The notes under the pieces are model-generated. The model did no database searches. It worked only from the letters and a program-made list of their open reading frames with translations, and was not told where the DNA came from. From NCBI GenBank assembly GCA_043228905.1, contig JBHGNT010000004.1, positions 1-64,000 of the forward strand: a DNA stretch of 64,000 nucleotides. The letters run 5' to 3'. Every line of letters starts with the position of its first letter. Position 1 is the stretch's first letter. Shown here piece after piece: positions 26,701-38,300 of this stretch. The DNA is from Azolla caroliniana (lineage: Eukaryota > Plantae > Polypodiophyta). The translations under genes were made by a program, and so were the position numbers.

Positions 26701-28064
26701 ATCGTTTCAGATCATTCTGGTCAATAAGTGTTCTTCGGCTTGATATGGCTCCAATGATTATTTGTCCCTGAAAAACTGAGCTCCGTGGAGGGAGAGAATG
26801 GTGGTGGCAAATGTGAGGATGCAAAGAACAAGATAGTCCTTGCACCAGATTAAGAACCAAACCATCCAAAATCAAATATCTAGCAGTTTAAATAGTGTTC
26901 ATTAACAATACTTATTACAAGCAAAATGACTCAGAACATTGAGGCAACAGATCTCAAGTTTCAGTTTTCACTGCACCTTCAAGAAAATCCAGGAAAACAA
27001 GATGAGATAATGGAATTTTATGAGAGGAATACAATAGACGTCCAATTTCAACTGTCATATGTTGACGTAAAGTGATTCTGATGCTGAACTCTGCAGACTC
27101 CGATTCTGATTCTGACATGCAAAGTCATTGGAACTTAGCGTGACAAGAAGCACATCGTTGACCAAAATCGTCTCAGACAGTCATTGTCTGACATTGTACG
27201 ATGCCTGCAACAGAAACCAGCACCTCTACTTCTTCACCATGTTACAGCCACATCCACCCTCCAAAAAAAACATGTGATAGTTCGTTTTTTTCCTCTTCCC
27301 TGTAGAACACAACCGACTACATAGGCCTGATCACCCTCCAGAAATAACGTAGCAAGGGTTTAAAAGAACACCTCTACCTGCTCACTAATATTTGTAATCA
27401 TAATTTTTATCATATGCCGATTTCAATCTCTATAAAAACTATTGTTTTTCTTCTATGAAATCTAAAAAGATCATTCATAAATTAGCTCCTTCCAATTGAT
27501 GGAAATTGCTAGCAATCCATAATGAAAGTTCCTATGAAATACACTGTTCAGGAAAGCAGTCGTAACTGACAAAATGTATATACATATATATCCCTATCGA
27601 TGTACCGGAATACAGATACACATATGCATTTCTACATGTACATATGCACGCACAGATACATATGTATATGTGTGTATGCATTTGTATACTACATATAGAA
27701 TGTGATGTATTTAAATTTCATTTGAGTTTTCCATGACGTTTCTTGATGTATACAGAGTTCATCATGACTCGGGAGAGAGAGGTGAGATGACATACCTCTA
27801 TACTTGTGAGACGATTCCGGCTAAGATCGAGCCGCACAAGGTTAGTAAGTGTTTCCAAGCTATGAATCTACGATATATGTACATGTACCAGGTAAAAAAA
27901 GAGAAAATAATCACACCTTGATAAACAAAGTGTGGAAGATATAATTGAGGGAAAGCACTGACCTCGTGTATGTCTTTTCCAGGGAGCGAGAGCTCGGTCA
28001 AGGAAGAAGGACTCTTTTTATTTTCTGCTGTCTGTGCGATGAGTTCTAGGGTTAGCGTCGCCAT
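20721..28064 (-). CDS. SDS22-like leucine-rich repeat protein (PP1 regulatory subunit pprA-like) with charged C-terminal tail, 10 exons
   Basis: Exons 28064-27963, 27867-27796, 24633-24541, 24446-24365, 24286-24230, 22936-22872, 22055-21963, 21796-21713, 21631-21551, 21203-20721. Repeats LVRLDLSRNRLTSIEGL, LKELRLAHNKIT, LRILDLGNN, LRR cap LNLRGNPLC...LPHLSVLDG. Lys-rich tail ending IGVGGPSQWDN. Confidence 0.9.
22202..22706. repeat. Local duplication of about 145 bp enclosing a MITE-internal fragment
   Basis: CTGCAATCTATAC...CAGTCTATAGTT at 22202-22349 and 22563-22706. The segment 22431-22540 matches the interior (23737-23845) of the nearby MITE. Confidence 0.8.
23615..24092. mobile_element. 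hAT-type MITE, older copy 2 (intronic)
   Basis: Ends TAGTAATCAGCAAC / GTTGCCAATTGCTA. Flanks AACGATGG and AATGATAG match 6/8. AACC/GGTT motifs show CpG decay. Confidence 0.75.
25818..26327. mobile_element. hAT-type MITE, copy 3 (intronic, opposite orientation to copy 1)
   Basis: Ends TAACAATCAGCAAC / GTTGTTGATTGCTA. Flanks CAAATACC and CAAATACA match 7/8. Confidence 0.85.
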
Positions 28065-28621
28065 TCTTCTTCTTCTACTACTACTTCTATGTCGTCGTCG
28101 TCGTGACTCGTCAGCAGCAGCAGCCGTGACAGTAGCTAGCTAGCAGTGGGAAGGTCGGAACATTAAGCTTGAGCTGTGGAGAAAACTCGCAGTTAACTCC
28201 TGTGGGGTTTTTGTTTATTTCCCAAGTGCCCTTCGATTTTCTTTATTTCCCTCGATGCCCCCGCTCAACCACCCAACCAATTTTAGCTTCAGCGCATATG
28301 ATTCGAACACATAACGTATAATTGCTCCAAAGGACGTTGACGAAGAGCACTTTTTTCGCCTTCACTCTCGATCTCGACTTAAATACAATTACTGATTCTC
28401 TATCTGTATATGCATTGTATCTGTTGAGAGCATGAAAAGAAGCACAACAACTCGCAAATTTATGAAAACATCGTAACCCTGTTGGTCATCTTATCACTCT
28501 ACGTGCTCTAATGGAAAAAAGTCATTTGAAAAGTAAAGAATTGTAATGTTGCTTTCTACACTTCAAGAATTCTTTTCATTTGGTGCTTAATGAGCACCTT
28601 TTCAGAGGCATATGGAAGAAA

Positions 28622-28935
28622 AGTTCAAGTACCAACTAAATATATACATGATATCTCATATGTAAATGGAAAATGGAAGTTATAAAACAAAGTGCAAACA
28701 GTATGGTGTTAAACAACAATGCCCAGTCTCACACATACCAAAAGGGTGCAAACATTATGGCGTTAGTTTGATAAAGGAGTTCAAGTACCAACTAAATATA
28801 TACATGATATCTCATATGTAAATAGAAAATGGAAGTTATAAAACAAAGTGCAAACATTATGGTGTTAAACAACAATACTCAGTCTCACACATACCAAAAG
28901 GGTGCAAACATTATGGTGTTAGTTTTGATAAAGGA
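28622..28935. repeat. Tandem duplication, about 156-bp unit x2
   Basis: AGTTCAAGTACCAACTAAATATATAC...TTTGATAAAGG at 28622-28777 and 28778-28935, nearly identical. Confidence 0.92.
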
Positions 28936-30085
28936 ACGTGGGAATGTTACAATTGCCACCATAAGGGAACTTTCAACGAGGAGGTCCTCTATGGGTCTAT
29001 GGTGAATGCGCAAGATGAATCATGGGTGAGTATGTGAGGGAAATAGAAGCAATCATAAACTGCAGAAGCTAATGCAAATATATGCAACCAAATAAAACAC
29101 TTGAGTAGGAACATGGAGTGTTGCCAACTATGAACAAAAATGCTATTTTCAAAAGACAATTGTGCCTCTGTGCATGAATCATGTATGAATGGAGGAACTT
29201 GGGTGATGGTAATGTAAGATTTGTTAGAATTCCCATCCTCAATAAAACTAGATGAAATCAAAATCCTTTCAAGAATATAGTTAACATAGAGAAATCATAA
29301 ATACATGGACATAGACATCCTACTAGCAAATACATAACTCTCTATGTAGATAAGCAAAGATGACTTACAGTTGTAATAGTGGGTTTTTTTTTTTACATGC
29401 AATTAATATAATTGTGTGATTTTACTAGAAGAAAAAAAAGACATCATACTAGCAAACATGATATCACATGCGACAATCCATAAAGGTTAGTTCACATCTT
29501 ATGACACCCATCAACGTGGAACAATCCCATTGGGAAATTCCCATCATCGTGTAATGGGTGATAGGAGCCACCGCATTCCAGTTGGAGGATGATGAACAAT
29601 TCAAGTTGGATAAAAGTTCACCACATTCTCGATTTGACAAAGTACACGATGTTAAGTGGGTTGGGTGGACAAGGTCGGATACAAGCTCATGTTTGTGAAC
29701 TACATGTTCAATATCCCTAAGGGAAATCTTGTGGTTGTAAAAGGTATAAATATGTTTCCCCTTGACCAAGGAGGAAGAACTAGTTGATGAAAGTCCCATG
29801 GCATAACCATTTGGGCAATACAATGAATATTGAAATGTCCAAAAATGGATATGCACATGCATTGCCCATTTCTTATCTCCAATTATGAGATCGTTAGGTA
29901 TATGGATAGCAAAGTTAGAATGCACAACAACATGTATGTGGAGTCCACCATTTATTTGCTTTACCCAATGCATGTTGATTGGCAAATATCAACTCACTAG
30001 GTGAATCATCATATTCGTTCTCCTTCATTCCACTTTCGTTATGAAAATTTCAATTTACAAATATAGGAGAGAGAGAGCCCAGATA

Positions 30086-30153
30086 GATGTAGCTTAGTTG
30101 GTAAGGTTGCCCAATGGAGACCAGGAGGTCATGGGTTCAACCCCTACATTCCA
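30086..30153 (+). mobile_element. tRNA-derived SINE head or tRNA pseudogene
   Basis: A-box-like TAGCTTAGTTGG and B-box-like GGTTCAACCC at tRNA spacing with a plausible T-arm. Acceptor and anticodon stems do not close. Confidence 0.55.
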
Positions 30154-30204
30154 TAGTGGCATCTGGTGAATTAAGATATATATTGAGAGATATGTATACA
30201 TGAT

Positions 30205-30347
30205 TATATGTATGAAGTATATAATAGAGAGGTGAGGAAATTGGGTTGAACCCAAGATGCGGTGCTTGTAGTGATTATATGTATGAAGCATATAATAGAG
30301 AGATGAGGAATTTGGGTTTCAAACCCAAGATTGGGTGCTTGTAGTGT
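30205..30347. repeat. Tandem duplication, about 71-bp unit x2, each with a short palindrome
   Basis: TATATGTATGAAGYATATAATAGAGAG...TTGGGTT..AACCCAAGAT...GTGCTTGTAGTG repeated twice. Confidence 0.8.
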
Positions 30348-30882
30348 AATAACTTACCATTAGGGTAAGCTAATTACAATGAGAGAGAGAGATGGTTGTA
30401 TCACATGTTTGGAGGTTGTGAGGTTGGTAGTTTGATACATTGACGTGGTATTTTGTAGTTTACGAAAAGTAATAACAAAGATGCGTGATAAGGGAGTGGC
30501 GAGCGTTCTGAAAACACAAACAATGCCTCAAAGGGAGAAGAAGACTTGGTGAATGGACATTTTCCTAGGCCATCTGTTGATGTAGTCTCGATTGTGGGAG
30601 TTTTATAAAGAGAACGTGAAGAGAGAGGGGGAGGGGTATTTGGGAGATTTCCGGAAAACTAACCGAGGGGCAGATTTATAAATTGTTCAGAACAATAAAT
30701 AGACGGAGCAGAAGAAGAGGCAGGAGAAGGACAGACGAATAATCCCATTCCATTCCATTTCGTGTGTGCAGGGATTTTCCCTCAAGTTACAAACTTTTTG
30801 AAGCACCTCTGCTTGCCTGTTTTGGTATCTTATTCTTTCTGTTAGACAATTCTGTTGCGGAGAATTTTCCGTATAAGTAACG

Positions 30883-33800
30883 ATGAACATATTTCGCTTT
30901 GCTGGAGACATGTCTCATCTTTTCAGTATTCTTCTGTTACTTCTCAAGATCCACACCATCAAGTCTTGCGCGGGTATGTCAATTTTATTGGCTCTCTTTC
31001 TTATTTCTATCTGAATTTAATTTTCTTTGTCTGTTGGATCTGATTGATGTTTGCTAAAACAATGAACGATTTTCCCAAAAATTGAAAGTTTTCTGGCAAA
31101 AGAATGGCTGGTTTCTGCGAAAAAATGACTGATTTCTGCTAAACAATGGGTCAGATCAAAACACTAGAAATTTCTGCTAGATAAAATGTATGATAGAGAA
31201 ACCACATTTTTTTTGTGAATTGAGTTTCTTCATTGTTTGGATCCGACTGATTTATGTCTAGGAATGATTTTTGTTGGAGATTTTATTTAGATGAAGAAAA
31301 GATTAGGTATTTGCTGTGTCTTGTGGATATGTCCTCAGATCCTTCAATATGATCTTAGTAGCATTTTTGTCAGACAGACAGATTTTTTGTATGGTATGAA
31401 AACTCTATCTTACATGTATGGCATATGCATATAGCTATTTTACTGTCCTTCACACAACACTCAGGTTGACGGTCACTTATGGAGTTTTGCATTTGTAGCA
31501 TATATCATCTATGCATGAAAAAGATGAGTAAGGTATGGTCATGTTGTAGGGGAATTTAGCATAGGAACAAGGTCAATGTGGGTGTTCCAACAGACAAGTG
31601 TGGACATGATGACCTGGTTTGGAGTAGGTATTCAGTGTCTGGATTGACAAGTGTGAACATAGTTACCATGGTCGATGAATCATGTAAGGATGTTCAAAAC
31701 TCATTTGTGGTACCAGTAGCCAGAGAGCTAGTGGAGACCAACCAGTCTACTGTCTAGGCAGAAGGCTAGAAGGGGGAGTGAAGCTGGGTTTTATGGGACA
31801 CTCAATGCTTACTGTTACTATGCAGTGTCCTTTTCCATAGGCACTAAACTCAACAGGAAGTATGGTGTGGTGGTTTGTCTATGCTGATTCCTAAACAATC
31901 TTGTAGCTCATAATCCTTTGGGGTTGTTCCAGTGTATGCTTGTTTCTTTCTATGTCAACCCAAACAACTTCTTAACTGTAAAGATGAACTCTTAATTTGG
32001 CCTCTATCAAGGTGTTTCTTATAGCTATCCCTATTAGTTTTTCATTTTCATCCAATCTCTAATTATTAACCTAGAATTGTATCTTTTAGTATGATACTTG
32101 TTTAGCATCTCTCTTTAATTTGTACCTATATTTTTCAATTACTTGTTCTCAATAATCTCTTTCCTTCATCCTTTTCATGTTGTTTGCTTTGGCTTAATTT
32201 TTCATTAGTTAAAACTCTTCATTTGGTCTTACGAAGGTACATCAATGATTCATTTTAGCTATCTTCCAAGAAGGTAAAATTCTTGTTGAAGTTATGATGA
32301 GTTGGTTGAGCTCAATGCTATGCCTTCAGAAGGGTCTGATGCCCCACAACCACCTGATTTGGTTTGTTTTCGTGCAGTCATTTTAATCTTAGGATTTCTT
32401 TGTACTCTTCTATAAGTGGGTTTTTGTGTTTCTTTTGTTCTCCTTTTTCTTTTTGCATCTTTCATGCTGGTCCTGTGTTTCTATTGCATATCAGTGTCTA
32501 ATAGTTATTTTGTTGGGTCATGTCTCATTTTTTCCATGACTTTTATATGATAACTTGAAACTCTTATGAAGGTTTATACATTATAAAATGATTGGTTATT
32601 GTGTTGAAAGGAAATATGCATGTTGCTATTTTAAATAATCGGTATACATTACCTATTTTAAATCCACATTGTTTGTGTTTCAGGCATTTCCTTGAAGACT
32701 CAAGAACTCTATGCACTTGTTTTTGCCACCCGTTATTTGGACATATTTACTGATTACATATCATTGTATAACACAATCATGAAGTTATTCTTCTTAGGGA
32801 GCTCATTCACAATTGTATGGTATATAAGGTACCACAGAGTGGTTCGACGTTCTTATGACAAAGAACAAGATACTTTTCGACACTTATTTTTGGTCTTCCC
32901 ATGTCTTATATTGGCTATCCTTCTGCATGACAAGTTCACATTTCGTGAGGTCTGTATTTTACTTTCATATCTGCATTTCATTTACTAAAAAATATATCAC
33001 TTTAATAAATCACAAAAAACATATGGAGGTTTGCCACTCATGTTGAAGCTTAATGTGATTTCATTTATTATACATCCATCCTCGATGTTCATTTAATTTT
33101 GCGTTAGTATTGGTAGGATAAATCATTTGAAGTAGAAATGCAATTAAATTTACTACATGCGTAAGCCTTTGCAATTGGTTGAGATAATTGTTTCATGGCT
33201 GTAAATGCATCTTAGTCTCTAGGCATAGTGTATTTTGTACGAACCTGGAAAGGTATAACAATGCAAAGAACTATGTGTAAGCACTGGAATTCGTGGAGAT
33301 TGATTGTTTCCTCACTGTGTACATGTCTTAGTCTCTATATATTACATGTCTGTAACAATCCAAAAAGGATTGATAAATGATTAGAAGGCGAAACAGAGGA
33401 GAAATTTAGTCATGTTCTGGAATGCCGATGAGTATTTACAGTTTCTTTCCGATTATGTAGGTAATGTGGACATTCTCATTATATCTTGAAGCTGTCGCAA
33501 TACTTCCACAGCTTGTGTTGCTACAAAGAACTAAAAATGTAGATAATCTAACTGGGAACTATGTGTTTCTTCTTGGGTAAGGTTTTGTATGTCATGAATT
33601 CACTTTATAGTCCATTTTTGCAACCCACTGACTTTATAAATTTATTGTTTGCAGTGCATATAGAGGCTTGTACATTTTAAATTGGATATATCGTTATTTC
33701 ACAGAAAGCCATTACCGGAGATGGATCAGTAAGTTTCTTTGCTCACATGAGGGGTTGTAACACAGAGAGAGAGAGAGAGAGAGAGAGAAGAATCTTTTTT

Positions 33801-34685
33801 GTTGCAGCATGGATATCTGGTCTCATCCAAACAGCATTATATGCAGATTTTTTCTATTACTACCTAAAGAGGTAACTCATCTTTCTCTAAAATCATGCAA
33901 GAATAATCTTGTGTCTGTTGGACCTTAGCAGTTAAAAAATGTTTCTGTCCTAGGTATATGTGTATGGTTATGTATGTTTGGCCATGCAAACAAGACTATG
34001 TAGCTCAAAGAAAGTGAATAAAGTATAATAGGTTTTTTTATCTTTTAACTCATACCACTAGACATTACTGATTATTGGGTGAGGTGTAATATTAACCGAA
34101 TGAGTATTGTGCACACAATACCTTGGGACATACAGCTCTATATTCTAGTTAAACTATCAATTGGACAGTTTTACAAGCATAGTTTTTGCTTAGATGGATT
34201 TGAAACTGTTATCTTGTCCTGTAGGCTATGGTCTCTTTCTTATAGTTATCTTTGCTCTTTTACTCCATGTTGTCAAGAGATCAAGGGGCTATCTGACAAA
34301 AGACAGTGAGACCTCCACTGCTAATGTTTTTGGCATACATTATAATGCCTATGTGTACAAAGTGCACATGAGAAGTGAGGATCAATGTAAAAGGGGGTTA
34401 CTGGAAAGTTTCAATATTGATTGATTCCTGGGTAAAGTACTCAATCAATTTCATCTATTTGCACAAAATGCTCCCAGTACTTGTTGCACTCCATTGGTCT
34501 AGCCTAACTTCTTTCTTTCAGTATTGTTGTCCAAATTGTTAGATAATACATGATTAAATTTTGTGCGTATGAAAGAAATATTTAGTAGAAGAATTGTGTT
34601 TTTCTGAAGGTTGAAGTGTGAACTATGAATTTACCTTGTTCTCTACAGCTGGAGGAATAGTGAAAAACTACAACTTCCAGCTTGA
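30883..34685 (+). CDS. ERD2: ER lumen protein-retaining receptor (K/HDEL receptor), 6 exons
   Basis: Exons 30883-30973, 32684-32949, 33461-33576, 33655-33728, 33808-33871, 34649-34685. MNIFRFAGDMSHL, SCAGISLKTQELYALVFATRYLD, WTFSLYLEAVAILPQL, AYRGLYILNWIYRY, QTALYADFFYYY, C-terminal LQLPA. Confidence 0.97.
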
Positions 34686-35192
34686 TGTGGTGGATATTTT
34701 ACATCAACAAATTTCAGGTATTAAGCAACATGTATTTTTTGAGGACTCTATTACTGACAAATTTGGTACCTGTAATATTTAGTTCAAAATCATTCTTGCA
34801 GTGTAGCATTGACATTTAAGGTCTTTATGCAAGTCTTAATTATGATGACTCGTTTTGAGGAACAAATGTATCACGATCTTCCATATGATTTTGATTGAGG
34901 CATCTCAATGAGGTCCATGAGGGGGGATCAGATTTTTTTGTGTTCATGTAATATTTAATCTTTCTGAGGTGAATGGCATCAATAGGATTCATTGCCACTC
35001 TTCCCAACTAGAAGTATAGTGCTACATTAATTTGCACTACCTTAGGGAAAGTGTCAATGAAACTTTTTGAGAATGAAACATGCAGATATTTATTTGGCAA
35101 GGTATTTTGAAAAGCAGTTTATTTTCTATGCAAATCTAGTCAAAAAATAATCTAGCTTCTCCAAGATTTGTGAGTAGCATCAAAATCCTTGT

Positions 35193-35348
35193 ATACCCTT
35201 AGAATAAGAGTAAATACGAGGGACCAAGCTTTTACATTTTAATTTGAAACTGTTAAAAGAGTGGGTGCAAATGGGTGCATACCCTCAGAACAAGAGTAAA
35301 TATGACCAAGCTTTTACATTTTAATTAGAAAATGTTAAAATAGTGGGT
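35193..35348. repeat. Tandem duplication, about 86-bp period x2
   Basis: ATACCC..AGAAYAAGAGTAAATA..GACCAAGCTTTTACATTTTAATT..TGTTAAAA.AGTGGGT at 35193 and 35279. Confidence 0.8.
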
Positions 35349-38300
35349 CCATATGCCAAGTTTTTTGCAAAAGACGTATTGTATAGTGATGAAGTTTGCT
35401 AGAGATATGGTTTTCTTATCTGAGAAATAAGTTGAAAACCTCTAAAAACTATGTTGGTATCTAATGACACCATTTTCTTCAAGCCCTTCTAGTGTTATGA
35501 AGTTTTCCACCTCTCTTATAGGGGCCAATGATATACCTTATCCTCTACTTACCCAAATCTTTTTTTGGGGAGTGATAAGCATTCTCTTTGCATCACTCCA
35601 TCCTCTTCTCGTGGACTCCCTTAATACCAATCTTATAATCACTTCGCTTTTCAAATATAGGTTCCCAGTTCCCATGTTAGCTAGATATTAAAGGTTTCCA
35701 AGAGCATACGATGCTTGTATCCATGTGTGGCAAAAAGAGTGTTGTATGCATCATGATTCACACTTTTGATGCTAAGAGTTGGTACTAAGGATGCAAGTTG
35801 ATGTGCAAGAAAAAGATGGCAAATGATGTAAAACTAGAATAAGGTTTTGTGGCCTATTCAAAAAGGGTTAAACATTGTAAAAGACTATAAAGATAATTTG
35901 TTTGCCTTTTTGAGTTTCTCCTTTACTCCATCATTAGTTAGATTAGAACTTTGTCGCATTTGAACTCTATTTTCATCCTAATGATACTGCTTAAACCTCA
36001 AGATGTTTAACTTAAGTTTTTAATCATTTGTGTTAGCATTTATTATAACCAATTGAAGGTGGTGTTTGACACTTAGTGATTTCTTTACATTTTATTTATA
36101 GTTTTTAATATTGGGTAACTTTATTTGTTCTTAGTTAAGTCCTTCAGTAGAGGTTTAGGGTTGGAGTGAAGAGTTCAATTGTGTTTATGAACACCCTATT
36201 AAATGCCAAGGAACGTTTGACACTTCTCCCTTTCCACGTCGATAGCAAAGGGTAGATGTTGGCTTGGTCCATACTTGATGATATTGATGTGGAGGAAGAA
36301 GTCTGTCGAGAAAAACATGTGCTTAGGAGAACATTGAAGACTCCAACAAACATAACAATTGCATATTATTGGGTCCATCCTAATTGACTACATCGTGTTA
36401 GTAAAAGTTTTACATTTTATGAATGTTGTATGCTAGTAAGTTGCTTAGCCATGAGAGAATCATGCATTTTCAGCTTGCTCACATCTTGAACATGCCCAAG
36501 GAATTCTTACATATAAATTTGAGATTGTCTTTGGACTTTACATGTTTTTATGTACATTTCCACCTAATGAACCTCTTCCTCGTGCCCTATTTCTTCACAA
36601 ATCACAAATGTTTGTGAAACATTTATATGTTTAAACAATTAAATGTGATTGGAATGTTTAATACTCTCGAGTCTTTACTATTCATGGATGGGTAGAACCA
36701 TTTCGGATGCGACTTTATTGTGTGTAAATTCATGACATTATCTAAGTAAATTTGCTGCACCCACAAAAATATAATAATGATGATGACAATGTAGTGGCAA
36801 AGCATGAGCTTTGCAATCTTGAGATAGTAGACTCAATTTGTGAAACAATGGGTTTTTACAATGAATTCATCATAAATCATTCTTCCAACAATTTTAGTTT
36901 GGGATCATGTTGGATGTTGTGTTTAACCTAAAAATATTCGTGATTGTAATTTAAGACATACACGTTAACAAATTGCCCCACAAATATAGCTTTAACACTA
37001 CCTTATTAACAAAGATTGTATTATTATATGCAAATAGCCCTCAAACAACAAAAAAACCTAAAAAATACTATAATGCAAAAGCCAAGCTTTGTAGTATATC
37101 CATTGGATGTTCTACATTTAAACCTCATTTCACAATATATGGTTTGTTATGATTGGTCATTGTAATATCCAACAATACAATACAAGCCAAAGCACAATGT
37201 GAACACACTTTCAAGATTTGACTTATAGAGATATGTATCTCTACATAAACGTGGGTAAGTACATATGTATGCATTTAGGTATATATACATATGCTTCTCA
37301 ATTTTACTAAAATATTTTGATCGTAATAATTTGGTTGAAATGATGAAATATATCTAAATAGAATATGGCCTTCATCATATCATTATGAAATGGATGGAAT
37401 ATACAACTTATTTGCACCTAAACTTTTTGATCATTTACAATCCACATTACATCTATCAATTCGGAAGCAAGCATTGTGTCAACTTCAACTAATAGTTGGC
37501 ACTATAAAAAACGGAGGACTGTGGAAAAAACATTTCATGACATCAAGCTTGTTCTCTCTTTCAAAGCATATGAATATGTGTATGCTTTATTCACACATTG
37601 AGACTTTGTGCTTCAATGTATAAATACCCCTTCTTAGGAAGGAGACACATATCAAGAACACATGTATACTCTGGTCCCATAGGTCAAAATTGGCCTCTTT
37701 ATGGACAATAAAAATTCTAATTCTAATTCTATGAACATCAACATGCTATGGGTGGGCCTTCAAAATGGATAATTATTTGTCTTAACATGCATAGATGTTC
37801 AATACAACCAAGTATCATAGTAAGTGGTTGGAGATGATGTACATGAGATAATTTTTTGTAGCTACTAGAAAATCTTGTTGAATTAGAAAAGTTAAAGTTA
37901 GATAAAAGAAACAACCCCTTAGAACCATGGGTTACACATGAACAACTTCGTTAAGCTAACTAATTTCATCTAGCCCAACCTTATTCTATTTGTCTTTTAA
38001 AGGGAAATATTATCATGTTTTGTCCTTGTGTTCTAGAAAAAATGGCAATATTATATGAAGTCATTTATCAAGGAGCGAACTATTTAATGTGCATGATTTT
38101 GAATTAACTATACAAAGAGTTTCTACCCCTCATCTTATGGAGAACTATGTGAATATTTATGTTTTGGAGTAAACACCTAATTTGCATGACCTTAAATTAT
38201 GGAACTTTTTGCCATAGCCATCAATACTTACAAAGAATTTTTTTAATTGAAGAGTGGACAGGAGTTGTAAATATGTGGTCACCATGTACAAAGTGTTAGC

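Noticed and set aside
29464-29985. 173-aa minus-strand ORF
   Set aside because: No ATG start, His/Met-rich composition typical of CpG-decayed repeat DNA, and no family motif recognised.
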